From contig NZ_CP155573.1 of assembly GCF_002257705.2 (NCBI RefSeq), positions 5,037,814 through 5,069,813 of the forward strand: a stretch of DNA of 32,000 nt, written 5' to 3'. This document shows, one piece after another, positions 1 to 9,098 of the stretch (position 1 is the first letter of the stretch; the number at the start of each line of letters is the position of its first letter). The DNA is from Sporomusa silvacetica DSM 10669 (GTDB taxonomy: Bacteria > Bacillota > Negativicutes > Sporomusales > Sporomusaceae). The notes under the pieces are model-generated. The model was not told the DNA's origin. It ran no database searches and saw only the letters and a program-made list of their open reading frames with translations. A program made the position numbers and the translations under genes.

Positions 1-850
1 ATTGACCATGCTTATCCAGCAAAAATTCTACTGTTCCTGCCCCCTGATAATTTACCGCTTTAGCGGCCAGTACGGCAACTTGCCCCATCTGCTGGCGCAA
101 TCTCTCATCCAGTGCAGCTGACGGAGCTTCTTCCACCAGCTTTTGATGACGGCGCTGAATGGAGCAATCCCGTTCGCCCAGATAGACGACATTGCCGTAG
201 CCATCTGCCATAATCTGCATTTCAATATGGCGTGGCTCTTCTAAATATTTTTCCAAATACACACCGGGGTCGCCAAAAATAACTGCTACTTCTTTTTGGG
301 CCTGGTGAATAGCTTGGCCTAAATCCGCAGCATTGGCAGCTACCCGCATGCCTTTGCCGCCACCACCGGCGGTCGCCTTGACGATCACTGGATAGCCAAT
401 TGTCTCAGCCACAGCGACGGCCGCTTCTATTTCTTCAATAATACCCTCCGTACCCGGGATAATGGGAACACCTGCCTGCTTCATGGTATCCCTGGCTGCG
501 GCTTTTGCTCCCATTCTCCTAATAGCTTCCGGACTGGGGCCAATAAAGGTTATTCCACAAACACTACAAGCTTCGGCAAATTCCGCATTCTCAGCTAAAA
601 AACCATAGCCCGGATGAATGGCATCAGTCTGGGTAGCGGCAGCCACCGCAAGCAAACTAGCTACATTTAAATAGCTCTGCCTGGCAGCAGCAGGTCCGAT
701 GCAATACGCTTCATCGGCTAGCTTGACATGCAGCGCTTGCGCATCAGCTTCCGAATAAACAGCGACAGTAGCAATTCCCATTTCACGACAGGCCCTAATA
801 ATTCGGACAGCAATTTCACCCCGGTTAGCAATCAACACTTTTTTGAACAT
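1..850 (-). CDS. accC: Biotin carboxylase (AccC-type ATP-grasp), first ~283 codons; the 3' end runs off the left edge of the window
   Basis: Absent from the ORF track because it is open at the window edge. Hand translation of the minus strand from ATG 850-848 (GGAG 7 nt upstream) gives [53 protein letters not shown] ... [11 protein letters not shown] ... [14 protein letters not shown]. These are the canonical biotin carboxylase N-terminus and glycine-rich ATP loop. Confidence 0.9.
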   Translation of the reverse strand, partial: MFKKVLIANRGEIAVRIIRACREMGIATVAVYSEADAQALHVKLADEAYCIGPAAARQSYLNVASLLAVAAATQTDAIHPGYGFLAENAEFAEACSVCGITFIGPSPEAIRRMGAKAAARDTMKQAGVPIIPGTEGIIEEIEAAVAVAETIGYPVIVKATAGGGGKGMRVAANAADLGQAIHQAQKEVAVIFGDPGVYLEKYLEEPRHIEMQIMADGYGNVVYLGERDCSIQRRHQKLVEEAPSAALDERLRQQMGQVAVLAAKAVNYQGAGTVEFLLDKHGQ

Positions 851-901
851 TTGTTTTCTCCTTTATTCCTATACCTGATCTTGTTTGCTAAACCGGGGAT
901 A

Positions 902-1354
902 CTATGGTTTTATCAAAAACAGCGGCTGGCCATACTCCACGAAATCTCCGTCTTTCACCAATACTTTCACAACTTCTCCTATTACGTCTGCAGATACCTC
1001 ATTAAATAATTTCATGGCTTCCAGGATACACACAACAGTACCTGCCTCTACCCTGTCACCAATAGTTACAAACGGCGCTGCACCGGGCTCAGGGGTAGCA
1101 TAAAAGGTCCCGACAGTCGGCGAAAGAATTTCGCAAAATGCCGTTTCACCAGCTACCGCTACCGTTTCCACCGATTCCCGCAAAGCATTACCAGGCGAGG
1201 CCGGCACAGTAGCAGGCTGCACTTGCGTCATGTCAGGATTTTTTGTAATGACTAGCTTCGCACCTTGATTATTCCATTCCAAGTGACCAATCGACGATTG
1301 ATCCACGGCCTTAATTAATTCTTTTATTTCATCAATGGTAAACATGAATTTCAC
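902..1354 (-). CDS. accB: Biotin carboxyl carrier protein (BCCP, AccB-like)
   Basis: 150-aa ORF. The C-terminal biotinyl domain carries the EAMKL biotin-attachment motif (VCILEAMKLFNEV), preceded by a Pro/Ala-rich linker. It lies directly upstream of accC (51-nt gap). Confidence 0.85.
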   Translation of the reverse strand: MKFMFTIDEIKELIKAVDQSSIGHLEWNNQGAKLVITKNPDMTQVQPATVPASPGNALRESVETVAVAGETAFCEILSPTVGTFYATPEPGAAPFVTIGDRVEAGTVVCILEAMKLFNEVSADVIGEVVKVLVKDGDFVEYGQPLFLIKP

Positions 1355-1403
1355 TCCTCAATCATTCTTACCGTTACTGCGCATCCAAGCAAATACAATA
1401 GAG

Positions 1404-2411
1404 TTAAACTAGCCGTAAGGCAATGGCTTGTTTGAGGTGCTGCAAATATTCTTCCCGTTCAAGATAAAGCTGCTCTGCCTCTTTTAGCGATATTTCCTGA
1501 AACGAAATTTGATCTCCTGGTCTGGTCTGAGCGATAATAGCGACATCTACTGCTGCAACTTGAGCTATTTTGGGATAACCCCCAGCGGTTTGCCTATCTG
1601 CCAGCAAAACAATCGGGTTGCCATCAGGCGGCACCTGGATAGTACCCAGTGCAACTGACTCAGAAATCATTTCCAGCGGTTCGCTTAACGCCATCACCGG
1701 ACCTGATAAACGGTAACCCATCCGGTCGGACTGGGCAGTAACCTGAAAAGGGCGACAAAAAAATTGCGCCTTACTTTCTGCTGTAAAATGTTCATATTGA
1801 CTACCACGGGTAATGCGTATTTGAATAGGCTGAGTAGGCTTGGGGATGTTACCCTTTGCCACATACCAAGCCGTAGCAGCAAAAGCATGGTCCTGCAGCT
1901 TAACAGCTAATTGTTTAATTAACCGGTCGGCCGGCCCTGACAGGGAATTTCGCAAAGGAAGCACATCCCCTTGCTGCAACGCCCGCCCGTGAAAGCCGCC
2001 AAGTCCTGCCCGCAAATAGGTGCTTTTGCTACCCATTACTGCCGGAATGTCATAGCCACCGGCCACAGCCAAATATGAGCGGCAGCCAGGCTTACACCCT
2101 TTAAAATCAAGCACACTGCCTTGCTTCACATAAACTGGCCGCCACATGGGCACTGCTGCGCCATTAATGGTCGGCGCCATATTGCCGCCGGTTATGGCCA
2201 GCAGCATATCCTGCTCCAGCCGCAGTGACGGCCCCATCAGTGTCATCTCTAGTACGCCTTCGTCTTCTTCATTGCCAACCAGAATATTGGCTACGCGCAG
2301 TGCGTAGGAATCCATGGCTCCGCTTACAATAACGCCATACTTTTGGAAGCCGTATCTACCCTGATCTTGAATACTTGAAAGCAGGCCGGGACGTAGCACA
2401 GTCATACTCAT
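1404..2411 (-). CDS. pxpC: 5-oxoprolinase subunit C / KipA-type (allophanate hydrolase subunit 2 family), copy 1
   Basis: 335-aa ORF with an N-terminus typical of the family (VLRPGLLSSIQDQGRYGFQKYGV..SGAMD). It overlaps the preceding pxpB by 4 nt (ATGA). Confidence 0.85.
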   Translation of the reverse strand: MSMTVLRPGLLSSIQDQGRYGFQKYGVIVSGAMDSYALRVANILVGNEEDEGVLEMTLMGPSLRLEQDMLLAITGGNMAPTINGAAVPMWRPVYVKQGSVLDFKGCKPGCRSYLAVAGGYDIPAVMGSKSTYLRAGLGGFHGRALQQGDVLPLRNSLSGPADRLIKQLAVKLQDHAFAATAWYVAKGNIPKPTQPIQIRITRGSQYEHFTAESKAQFFCRPFQVTAQSDRMGYRLSGPVMALSEPLEMISESVALGTIQVPPDGNPIVLLADRQTAGGYPKIAQVAAVDVAIIAQTRPGDQISFQEISLKEAEQLYLEREEYLQHLKQAIALRLV

Positions 2412-3166
2412 GATCTTGCCCCCTCATATTCGCCATACTCGGCCAAAGGAATGGGCCGGAAGCGGATGAGATCCCCTGCTTGTAAAAGACTGGGGCATTC
2501 GTCCTGGGGACGGAACAAGGGGAGTGGAGTGCGGCCAATCAACTGCCAGCCGCCAGGGGTTGTGATAGGATAGACACCGGTTTGCATCCCGGCAATTCCT
2601 ACAGAACCTGCCGGAATTTCCAGACGCGGTGACGGCCGCCGGGGTGTGGCTATTTTTTCGGACATGCCGCCAAGATAAGGAAATCCAGGGGCGAATCCGA
2701 TCATATACACTAGATACTGCCCCTGACTATGGATTTCAATTACTTCTTCCATTGTAAGGTTATTATGCTCTGCCACATAAGCAAGATCCGGGCCGTACTC
2801 TCCACCATAGCAGACAGGAATTTCCACCGTTCTAGGCATCGTGACTACACTATTGTCTAATTTACTCAGTACTTTTACCAATAAGTCAGCAAGAATTTGA
2901 TAAGCCAGCGGTTCTAATTGCAGGTCAAACTGCCGTTCGCACAACCGCTTTACCTGCACCGGGTTAAAAAACACGGTAACGCTGGAGTAAGCCGATACAT
3001 ATTCTAACATTCCCGGCAAGGGCTGCCGGTCCAGATAATCGGCTAATGCCTTTACTTTCTTATTTGTCTTAGGATTAATGCCTTTACCGAATTCCACCAT
3101 CAGAGCCGCTTCACCGACAGGCAGCAGTTGGTATTCAGGAACAGTACGCTCTGTTTGTTGCTTCAC
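2408..3166 (-). CDS. pxpB: 5-oxoprolinase subunit B / KipI-type (allophanate hydrolase subunit 1 family), copy 1
   Basis: 252-aa ORF with the family motifs VYMIGFAPGFPYLGG and GSVGIAG.QTGVYP. GTG start at 3166 with GAGGTGG 6 nt upstream. Confidence 0.85.
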   Translation of the reverse strand: MKQQTERTVPEYQLLPVGEAALMVEFGKGINPKTNKKVKALADYLDRQPLPGMLEYVSAYSSVTVFFNPVQVKRLCERQFDLQLEPLAYQILADLLVKVLSKLDNSVVTMPRTVEIPVCYGGEYGPDLAYVAEHNNLTMEEVIEIHSQGQYLVYMIGFAPGFPYLGGMSEKIATPRRPSPRLEIPAGSVGIAGMQTGVYPITTPGGWQLIGRTPLPLFRPQDECPSLLQAGDLIRFRPIPLAEYGEYEGARS

Positions 3167-3216
3167 GAGTATCCACCTCTGTGTCTCTTGCTATATATAA
3201 TGTGTTAGAACGTTGC

Positions 3217-4014
3217 TTATAACACACTGAACTTTTCATCCCGCACATCGGTAATGAACATATGCCCGGGAGCATGGGTAATCATCAGCTCCGGCTTTAT
3301 CTGCATAGCTACGGCTTGCGGCGTAACTCCACAGGCCCAAAACACGGGAACTTCTCCTGCTTTAATAGTAACACGATCACCAAAATCTGGCTTGTCAATA
3401 TCTTTTATCCCAATACTGGCCGGATTGCCAATATGAATAGGCGCACCATGAACTGACGGAAACCGCGACGTTATTTGAACAGCCCGCACAACATCCTTCT
3501 CGGGTATTGGCCGCATACTCACCACTACCGGGCCTTCAAAGCGGCCTGCTTGTACACAGGGAATATTGGTCTTATACATGGCCACATTGCAGTTCTCTTC
3601 AATATGACGCACGGGAATACCGCTATTCATCAACGGATGTTCAAACGTGAAGCTGCAGCCGATAAGAAAAGCAACCATATCGTCTTCCCAGTAGGTAAGA
3701 ATATCTGTTACTTCGTCTACCAATTCGCCCTGCCGGTAAATCCGGTACTTAGGAATATCTGTGCGGATATCCGCAGTGGGAGCCACCAGCCTGGGCACCG
3801 GCGAACCGGCCTCGGTGACATCAAGCACCGGACAGGGTTTCGGATTCCGCTGACAAAACAAAAGAAAATCAAAAGCAATATCCTTTTTTAAGATGGCCAG
3901 ATTGGCCTGAGTAAACCCCTGGGCCATACCGGAAGTAGGTTTAGTCCACTCGCCGCGTCGAATCATGGCACGTACTTCAGCTGGACTCATGTTTGCAAAC
4001 TCACTCATTTTCAT
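3217..4014 (-). CDS. DUF1445 / UPF0317 putative hydro-lyase (YcsI-like; D-glutamate cyclase domain family)
   Basis: 265-aa ORF. GFTQANLAILKKDIAFDFLLFCQRNPKPCPVLD matches the conserved core of the YcsI/UPF0317 family as I remember it. SD spacing favours the second ATG (4008) as the start. Confidence 0.75.
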   Translation of the reverse strand: MKMSEFANMSPAEVRAMIRRGEWTKPTSGMAQGFTQANLAILKKDIAFDFLLFCQRNPKPCPVLDVTEAGSPVPRLVAPTADIRTDIPKYRIYRQGELVDEVTDILTYWEDDMVAFLIGCSFTFEHPLMNSGIPVRHIEENCNVAMYKTNIPCVQAGRFEGPVVVSMRPIPEKDVVRAVQITSRFPSVHGAPIHIGNPASIGIKDIDKPDFGDRVTIKAGEVPVFWACGVTPQAVAMQIKPELMITHAPGHMFITDVRDEKFSVL

Positions 4015-4037
4015 CCCTCTTTTTTGTCCTATTGTTA

Positions 4038-4802
4038 CTACTTATCGCCCATAGCCTTGACAGCAATCCCGCCGTTAAGGAGATATTCCCTTATCTTCCG
4101 GGCAAATTCCAGCGCATGTTTGCCATCACCATGAATACATACCGTATCGGCCTTGACGGCAATATCCCGCCCTTGTTGCGATAATACCTTGCCTTCCTTA
4201 ATCATGCGGACAACCTGCTGCACGGCTTCTTCCTGATTGGTAATCAGCGCATCCGGTTGTTTGCGCGAGGTTAACGAACCGTCATGCTGATACGTACGGT
4301 CTGCAAATACCTCATGAGCTACCTGCAGACCAATTTTTTCTCCGGCAGCGACTAGTTCACTACCGGCAAGACCAAACAGAATTAAACCGGGATCTACCTT
4401 ATAAACAGCTTCGGCAATAGCTGCTGACAGCGGTTTGCTTTTGGCCGCCATATTATAAAAAGCGCCGTGTGGCTTAACATGCTGCATGCTTGCGCCTTCA
4501 GCTTTAACAAAAGCTGCTAATGCACCAAGCTGATACACTACCAGGTCATACGCCTCCTGGGGCGAAATATCCATTTGTCTCCGGCCAAAACCAGCCAAAT
4601 CCGGCAAGCCGGGATGAGCACCAATCGCTACGTCATTTTTCAAGGCAAGCATGACTGTTTTGCGCATAACCGCCGGATCACCGGCGTGAAAGCCGCAGGC
4701 AATATTTGCCGAGGTTACAAACGGCAGAATCTCTTCGTCCACGCCTAGTTTGTAAGCGCCAAAGCTCTCTCCCAAATCACAGTTTAAGTCAACTCGGTAC
4801 AT
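4038..4802 (-). CDS. pxpA: 5-oxoprolinase subunit A (LamB/YcsF family)
   Basis: 254-aa ORF. The N-terminus [20 protein letters not shown] and the motif ACGFHAGDP are diagnostic of LamB/YcsF. Confidence 0.9.
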   Translation of the reverse strand: MYRVDLNCDLGESFGAYKLGVDEEILPFVTSANIACGFHAGDPAVMRKTVMLALKNDVAIGAHPGLPDLAGFGRRQMDISPQEAYDLVVYQLGALAAFVKAEGASMQHVKPHGAFYNMAAKSKPLSAAIAEAVYKVDPGLILFGLAGSELVAAGEKIGLQVAHEVFADRTYQHDGSLTSRKQPDALITNQEEAVQQVVRMIKEGKVLSQQGRDIAVKADTVCIHGDGKHALEFARKIREYLLNGGIAVKAMGDK

Positions 4803-4874
4803 AACAATATACCTCCAACCTATTTTTCGGGTAAATATTATAATTTCTGCTAAAGCTATTTATTTGCCTCTAAT

Positions 4875-6098
4875 TTACAAGAAGAGTTTTGGCAATTCCT
4901 TAATCAACGTATAGGCACCCATGTAGGACATCACAACAACCACTAGACCACCGAAAATCGTCATCCACAACGGATGTTTATAGTCGCCAACAATCTTTTT
5001 CATATAGGCACCAACTAAAATGGTGGCAAGTGTAATCGGCAGAATGAGTCCGTTAAGCGCCCCTACCAGCACCAGTACCTTAACCGGGCGACCTACAATG
5101 GCAAATATTAAAGTAGATGCTAAGATAAACCCAATAATCATCAGTTTTTCATTTTTGGCAACAGTGGTACTGAAGGTTTTGATAAAGGAAACCGAGGTAT
5201 ACGCAGCCCCAATAACCGAGGTAATGGCTGCTGCCCACATGACAATGCCAAACACTTTATAACCCGCCTCGCCTGCTGCCAGCTTAAATACCGAAGCTGG
5301 TGGATTAGCCGGATCAATCGCAAGACCTTGAGCAACAATACCAAGAGCTGCCAAAAATAATACAACTCGCATAATTGCTGTAACCAATATACCGGAAATC
5401 GAGCTTTTTGTTACTTCCGGTAAAGCCTCTACTCCACAGATGCCCGCATCCAGCAGGCGATGCCCGCCGGCAAAGGTAATGTAGCCGCCTACAGTACCGC
5501 CAACCAAGGTAATGATGGCAAACATATCGATTTTGTCAGGCATAATACTTTTCACCACAGCCTCGCCCACCGGTGGCGCTGAGGCAAAGGCCACATAGAC
5601 TGTTAGGCCAATCATAACAAAGCCTGCAAACTGAGCAAACCGGTCCATAGCCTTTCCCGCTTCTTTTACAAGGAAAATCCCGATACCAATTACTGCACTA
5701 ATAATTGCGCCCGTCACCGGTGTTACGCCCAAAATTACATTTAATCCCAAACCCGCTCCGGCAATATTTCCAATATTAAAAGCAAGACCACCTAGTACAA
5801 TCAACAGGGCTACAAGATAACCCAGTCCTGGAAAAACCATATTCGCAATATCCTGACCACGTTTCTCCGAGACCGCAATAATTCTCCAGACATTCAACTG
5901 TGCGCCAACATCCAAAGCAATAGACATTAAAATAACAAAACCAAAACTTGCTGCTAACTGTTGGGTAAATACCGTTGTTTGCGTTAAGAAGCCTGGTCCG
6001 ATAGCCGATGTCGCCATCAAAAAAGCGGCCCCTAGCAACACTTCCCAATTTGTTTTTACCTTCTTATTACCCGGATTTACGTTCTTTACTGGTTCCAC
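4875..6098 (-). CDS. NRAMP-family membrane transporter (YcsG-like)
   Basis: 407-aa polytopic membrane ORF. LMATSAIGPGFLTQTT is an NRAMP-type first-TM motif. GTG start at 6098 with a G-rich SD. It is the first gene of the pxp cluster, as ycsG is in Bacillus subtilis. Confidence 0.8.
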   Translation of the reverse strand: MEPVKNVNPGNKKVKTNWEVLLGAAFLMATSAIGPGFLTQTTVFTQQLAASFGFVILMSIALDVGAQLNVWRIIAVSEKRGQDIANMVFPGLGYLVALLIVLGGLAFNIGNIAGAGLGLNVILGVTPVTGAIISAVIGIGIFLVKEAGKAMDRFAQFAGFVMIGLTVYVAFASAPPVGEAVVKSIMPDKIDMFAIITLVGGTVGGYITFAGGHRLLDAGICGVEALPEVTKSSISGILVTAIMRVVLFLAALGIVAQGLAIDPANPPASVFKLAAGEAGYKVFGIVMWAAAITSVIGAAYTSVSFIKTFSTTVAKNEKLMIIGFILASTLIFAIVGRPVKVLVLVGALNGLILPITLATILVGAYMKKIVGDYKHPLWMTIFGGLVVVVMSYMGAYTLIKELPKLFL

Positions 6099-6138
6099 AA
6101 TAATCCCCCCTAGTTTTTGTACTTACCCCTATTTCGGC

Positions 6139-6187
6139 AACAAAAAAGGCGCTACAAACAAAGTTAGTCTTTGTCTGAAGCGCCTTT
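6139..6187 (-). terminator. Rho-independent terminator (minus strand) between pxpC copy 2 and the NRAMP gene
   Basis: Minus-strand reading: AAAGGCGCU (6187-6179), an internally paired loop, then AGCGCCUUU (6153-6145) followed by UUUUGUUG. 9-bp GC-rich stem with a U-tract. Confidence 0.6.
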
Positions 6188-6213
6188 GCTTCCTGCGAAA
6201 TTTGGTTTTTCCT

Positions 6214-6242
6214 ATCATAACACCGAACTAACCGGATGTAAA
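6214..6242 (-). promoter_or_regulatory. Candidate sigma-A promoter TTTACA-N17-TATGAT (minus strand), located upstream of the 6139-6187 terminator
   Basis: The reverse complement of 6214-6242 is TTTACAtccggttagttcggtgtTATGAT. Hexamer match only, with no experimental support. Confidence 0.35.
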
Positions 6243-6288
6243 ATTGAAAAATTAAATAGGGGCATTCGATTTTCCTAAAAGCTATTTT

Positions 6289-7230
6289 TTATGTTCTCAA
6301 TGCTGTGGCAATAGTCTGATACAATTGCTGTTCTGCGTGGAGTGCACCAATTGCTTCCGCTTCACTAACACAGCAAAATCGTATACTATCACCTGTCTTT
6401 GTCTGCGCGACCTTGGACAAATCGCTCCGAACCACATAGCCAAGCTTAGCAAATCCACCGGTAGTCTGGTGATCAGCCAGCATAATAAACGGCATACCAT
6501 GCGAAGCAATCTGAATAGAGCCCTGATACACAGCATCAGAGATAATATCTGCTTTACTGACAGGTAAAATCCGGGAGCCTGTCAATCGGTAACCAACCCT
6601 GTCAGCTTGCTTGGTAACTTTATATGGTTTAGCGAAAAAGGTAGCGATTGCTTCCTCAGAAAACATATCCTGCTGTGGCCCGAGCATCACTCTGATCAAA
6701 ACCTTGTCGCCATAGGACGGAATATAGTCACTGGCAAGTGACTGTGGTCTAGCAGCACCTTCCCCTGCCGGTCCAACATACAGGACATCGCCCTGTCGCA
6801 GCGTTCTCCCCTCATAGCCCCCAACGCCTGCTTTAACACAAGTAGACCGGCTGCCCAGCACCAGGGGAACATCGATTCCCCCCTGCACCGCCAAATAAGC
6901 CCGATAGCCGGTGACAGCCTCTCCAAATTGGACCTCTCCGTTCCTGGGCACAAGAAAAGCCGACCAATTGGGAGCAGCAACACCATTTACCGTTACCTGC
7001 ATATCTGCGCCGCCAACAGCCACCAATCGCTCCTCATCAAACTTAAGCACCGCGCCCAAAGAGGTCATTTCCAGCACGGCCGCCTGTACCTCATTACCTG
7101 CCAGTAAGTTGACTATGCGCCCGGCATACCGGTCCATCACCCCGGCTGTCGGCATACCGTAAGCCTGGTAGCCCCAGCGGCCCTCATCCTGTACTGTTGT
7201 AAAGAAACCTTGTTGAATAACAGTAATCAC
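6289..7230 (-). CDS. pxpC: PxpC/KipA-type protein, copy 2 (diverged paralogue)
   Basis: 313-aa ORF with the same architecture as 1404-2411 (VIQQGFFTTVQDEGRWGYQAYGMPTAGVMD). By eye it is only moderately identical to copy 1. GTG start overlaps the stop of the upstream gene by 1 nt. Confidence 0.8.
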   Translation of the reverse strand: MITVIQQGFFTTVQDEGRWGYQAYGMPTAGVMDRYAGRIVNLLAGNEVQAAVLEMTSLGAVLKFDEERLVAVGGADMQVTVNGVAAPNWSAFLVPRNGEVQFGEAVTGYRAYLAVQGGIDVPLVLGSRSTCVKAGVGGYEGRTLRQGDVLYVGPAGEGAARPQSLASDYIPSYGDKVLIRVMLGPQQDMFSEEAIATFFAKPYKVTKQADRVGYRLTGSRILPVSKADIISDAVYQGSIQIASHGMPFIMLADHQTTGGFAKLGYVVRSDLSKVAQTKTGDSIRFCCVSEAEAIGALHAEQQLYQTIATALRT

Positions 7231-7985
7231 TACTCATCACTCTCACTGCCCTGACAAATTCGCGGAACATAAGTGCCTGCTGCCACTTCGCGGCGTATCA
7301 CAAAATACTCTTCCACGGTTATCGCATAAAACTGCAGATAGTCCCCGGGAGAAAATAAAAAAGGCTGACTGTTCTTAGGATTAAAGGCCTTGACCGGCGT
7401 ACGCCCAATCAGCCACCATTCTCCCGGACTTTCCACAGGATAAAGGCCTGTCTGACTGCCGCCAATCCCCACCGAGCCGGCCGGCACCTTAGCACGCGGC
7501 TTCTCCTGCCGTGGCACCGCAAGCTGCTCAGCCAACCCGCCCAAATAAGGAAACCCCGGAGTAAAACCCAGCATATACACCAAATAGGGGGTTGCGGTAT
7601 GAATACTGATAACCTCTGTTGCCGTCAGCCTGGTATAGCGTGCCACATATTCCAAATCAGGTCCCAGCACCCCCCCGTAACAAACCGGCACATAGACCGT
7701 CTTGGCCTCTGTAAACTGACTGCTTTGGGGATTCAGTTCGCATAGCATTTGGCTGATAAACCCGGATAAATCTTGCCTGGTTATTACCAAAGGATCAAAA
7801 TACACCATAACAGTCCGGTAGGTGGGCACCACCTCAATAACACCAGGAAGCAAACTGCTGGTAAGCAGTCCGGCAAGCTGTTGCACCATCCTGTTAATAG
7901 CAGGCGAAATGCCTGTATCAAATTCGATTACCAACCCATACTCACCCGCAACAAGCAGTCTGACACCAGACAACCATTTATTCAT
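7230..7985 (-). CDS. pxpB: PxpB/KipI-type protein, copy 2 (diverged paralogue)
   Basis: The ORF-track frame is 7230-7991. GGAGG at 7996-7992 sits 6 nt before ATG 7985, so MNKWLSG... is the likely start. Family motifs: VYMLGFTPGFPYLGG and GSVGIGGSQTGLYP. Confidence 0.8.
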   Translation of the reverse strand: MNKWLSGVRLLVAGEYGLVIEFDTGISPAINRMVQQLAGLLTSSLLPGVIEVVPTYRTVMVYFDPLVITRQDLSGFISQMLCELNPQSSQFTEAKTVYVPVCYGGVLGPDLEYVARYTRLTATEVISIHTATPYLVYMLGFTPGFPYLGGLAEQLAVPRQEKPRAKVPAGSVGIGGSQTGLYPVESPGEWWLIGRTPVKAFNPKNSQPFLFSPGDYLQFYAITVEEYFVIRREVAAGTYVPRICQGSESDE

Positions 7986-8030
7986 AAGCAACCTCCACTG
8001 GTTTTTGGACCTTCTCAGTTGGCAAGAAAC

Positions 8031-8918
8031 TCACTTCAATAACCTCTCCTGAACAAGCTTACTGAAGGCTTGAATAGTAGAAGAAAGCCGTTTATCCTTG
8101 TGGTAGGCAAGATATGCATTGATCTGGAATTCCGGTCCTAACCAGGGCAAAGCCACTAAGGTACCTGCCGTAAGTTCATTTTGGACTGCCGCCTGGGGCA
8201 GGATAGTCAGCCCGATATTGCTCATAACAAATTGCTTAATAACCTCAATCTGGCATATTTCCAGCACATTTCCCGGCTGGACAGCCGCTTTTTCCATACT
8301 TTCTTCCAATAAAGTCCGATAGCTACTACCAGAATCGGGAAAGATCAGTGTTTGCCCGCCCAGGTCGCTTACCTGCACCCCGGCAAACCTGCTGAAAGCA
8401 TGGTTGGGTGAGGCGGTTAAAACCACAGGCTCCGGCCATAACAATTTACTGACTAAGTCAGGCTCCTGTATTTTCTCTTCCAGGAAAAAAGCCATATCCA
8501 TCATATTTTTTCGCAGCATATTGTGAAAATCACTGGAAATACCTAGCTTCACCTTCAATTCCACCTCAGGATATACGGCAGCATATTCCTTAAGCAAATC
8601 CTTCAACCGGTATACACAGAGCGATTCCGGCATACCAATGATAATCGGGCCTCGCGGTATCGAAAAATCATCAAGCACATTTTTAGCTTCCTCGGCCAGT
8701 TTGGTAATACGCTCTGCATAATCATAGAGCCGTTCACCATCACCGGTAAGCATTAGCTGATGACCAAACCGTTCAAACAAAACAGTGTTCAATTCTTTTT
8801 CCAAAAGCTGAATATGCGTTGTTGCTGTAGACTGAGTATAGCCAAGAAATTGCGCAGCCTGCGAAAAATTACCAAACTTAACAATACTCATAAACGTCTT
8901 TAATTGTCGTATTTCCAA
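8031..8918 (-). CDS. LysR-family transcriptional regulator
   Basis: The ORF-track frame is 8031-8927. With TTG 8918 (GGAG 8 nt upstream) the N-terminus reads MEIRQLKTFMSIVKFGNFSQAAQFLGYTQSTATTHIQLLE, the canonical LysR HTH. It is co-oriented with, and 39 nt upstream of, pxpB copy 2. Confidence 0.85.
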   Translation of the reverse strand: MEIRQLKTFMSIVKFGNFSQAAQFLGYTQSTATTHIQLLEKELNTVLFERFGHQLMLTGDGERLYDYAERITKLAEEAKNVLDDFSIPRGPIIIGMPESLCVYRLKDLLKEYAAVYPEVELKVKLGISSDFHNMLRKNMMDMAFFLEEKIQEPDLVSKLLWPEPVVLTASPNHAFSRFAGVQVSDLGGQTLIFPDSGSSYRTLLEESMEKAAVQPGNVLEICQIEVIKQFVMSNIGLTILPQAAVQNELTAGTLVALPWLGPEFQINAYLAYHKDKRLSSTIQAFSKLVQERLLK

Positions 8919-8972
8919 AAATACCACTCCAAAACAAGCTACTTTGTCTATATTATACTCGCTTTAACGCTT

Positions 8973-9000
8973 TCGACCACTTTTTTAAAAAAGTGGCCGA
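8973..9000 (-). terminator. Palindromic hairpin downstream of the I42 inhibitor gene
   Basis: TCGACCACTTTTTTAAAAAAGTGGCCGA contains the 20-nt perfect palindrome CCACTTTTTTAAAAAAGTGG. The A/T runs are internal, so terminator function is uncertain. Confidence 0.4.
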
Positions 9001-9098
9001 AACTCACTTGATCCTTCTAATGAGCTCGGCCATTTTGTTCCCATATTAGTACTTTCCCAGAATATATAGGTTTAGTTCTATACTGACAGTTCCATTAG

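Noticed and set aside
3475-3891. 138-aa plus-strand ORF, together with the similar long antisense ORFs at 11605-11988, 17516-17893, 18435-18758, 30558-31037 and 31159-31620
   Set aside because: All are antisense shadows inside well-supported minus-strand genes. They have odd composition, no SD and no motifs.
6099-6288. Riboswitch (e.g. Mn2+ yybP-ykoY or guanidine ykkC) upstream of the NRAMP/pxp-carboxylase operon
   Set aside because: The space between the putative promoter and the terminator is only about 20 nt, and no conserved aptamer motifs are visible. Only a plain hairpin terminator is present.
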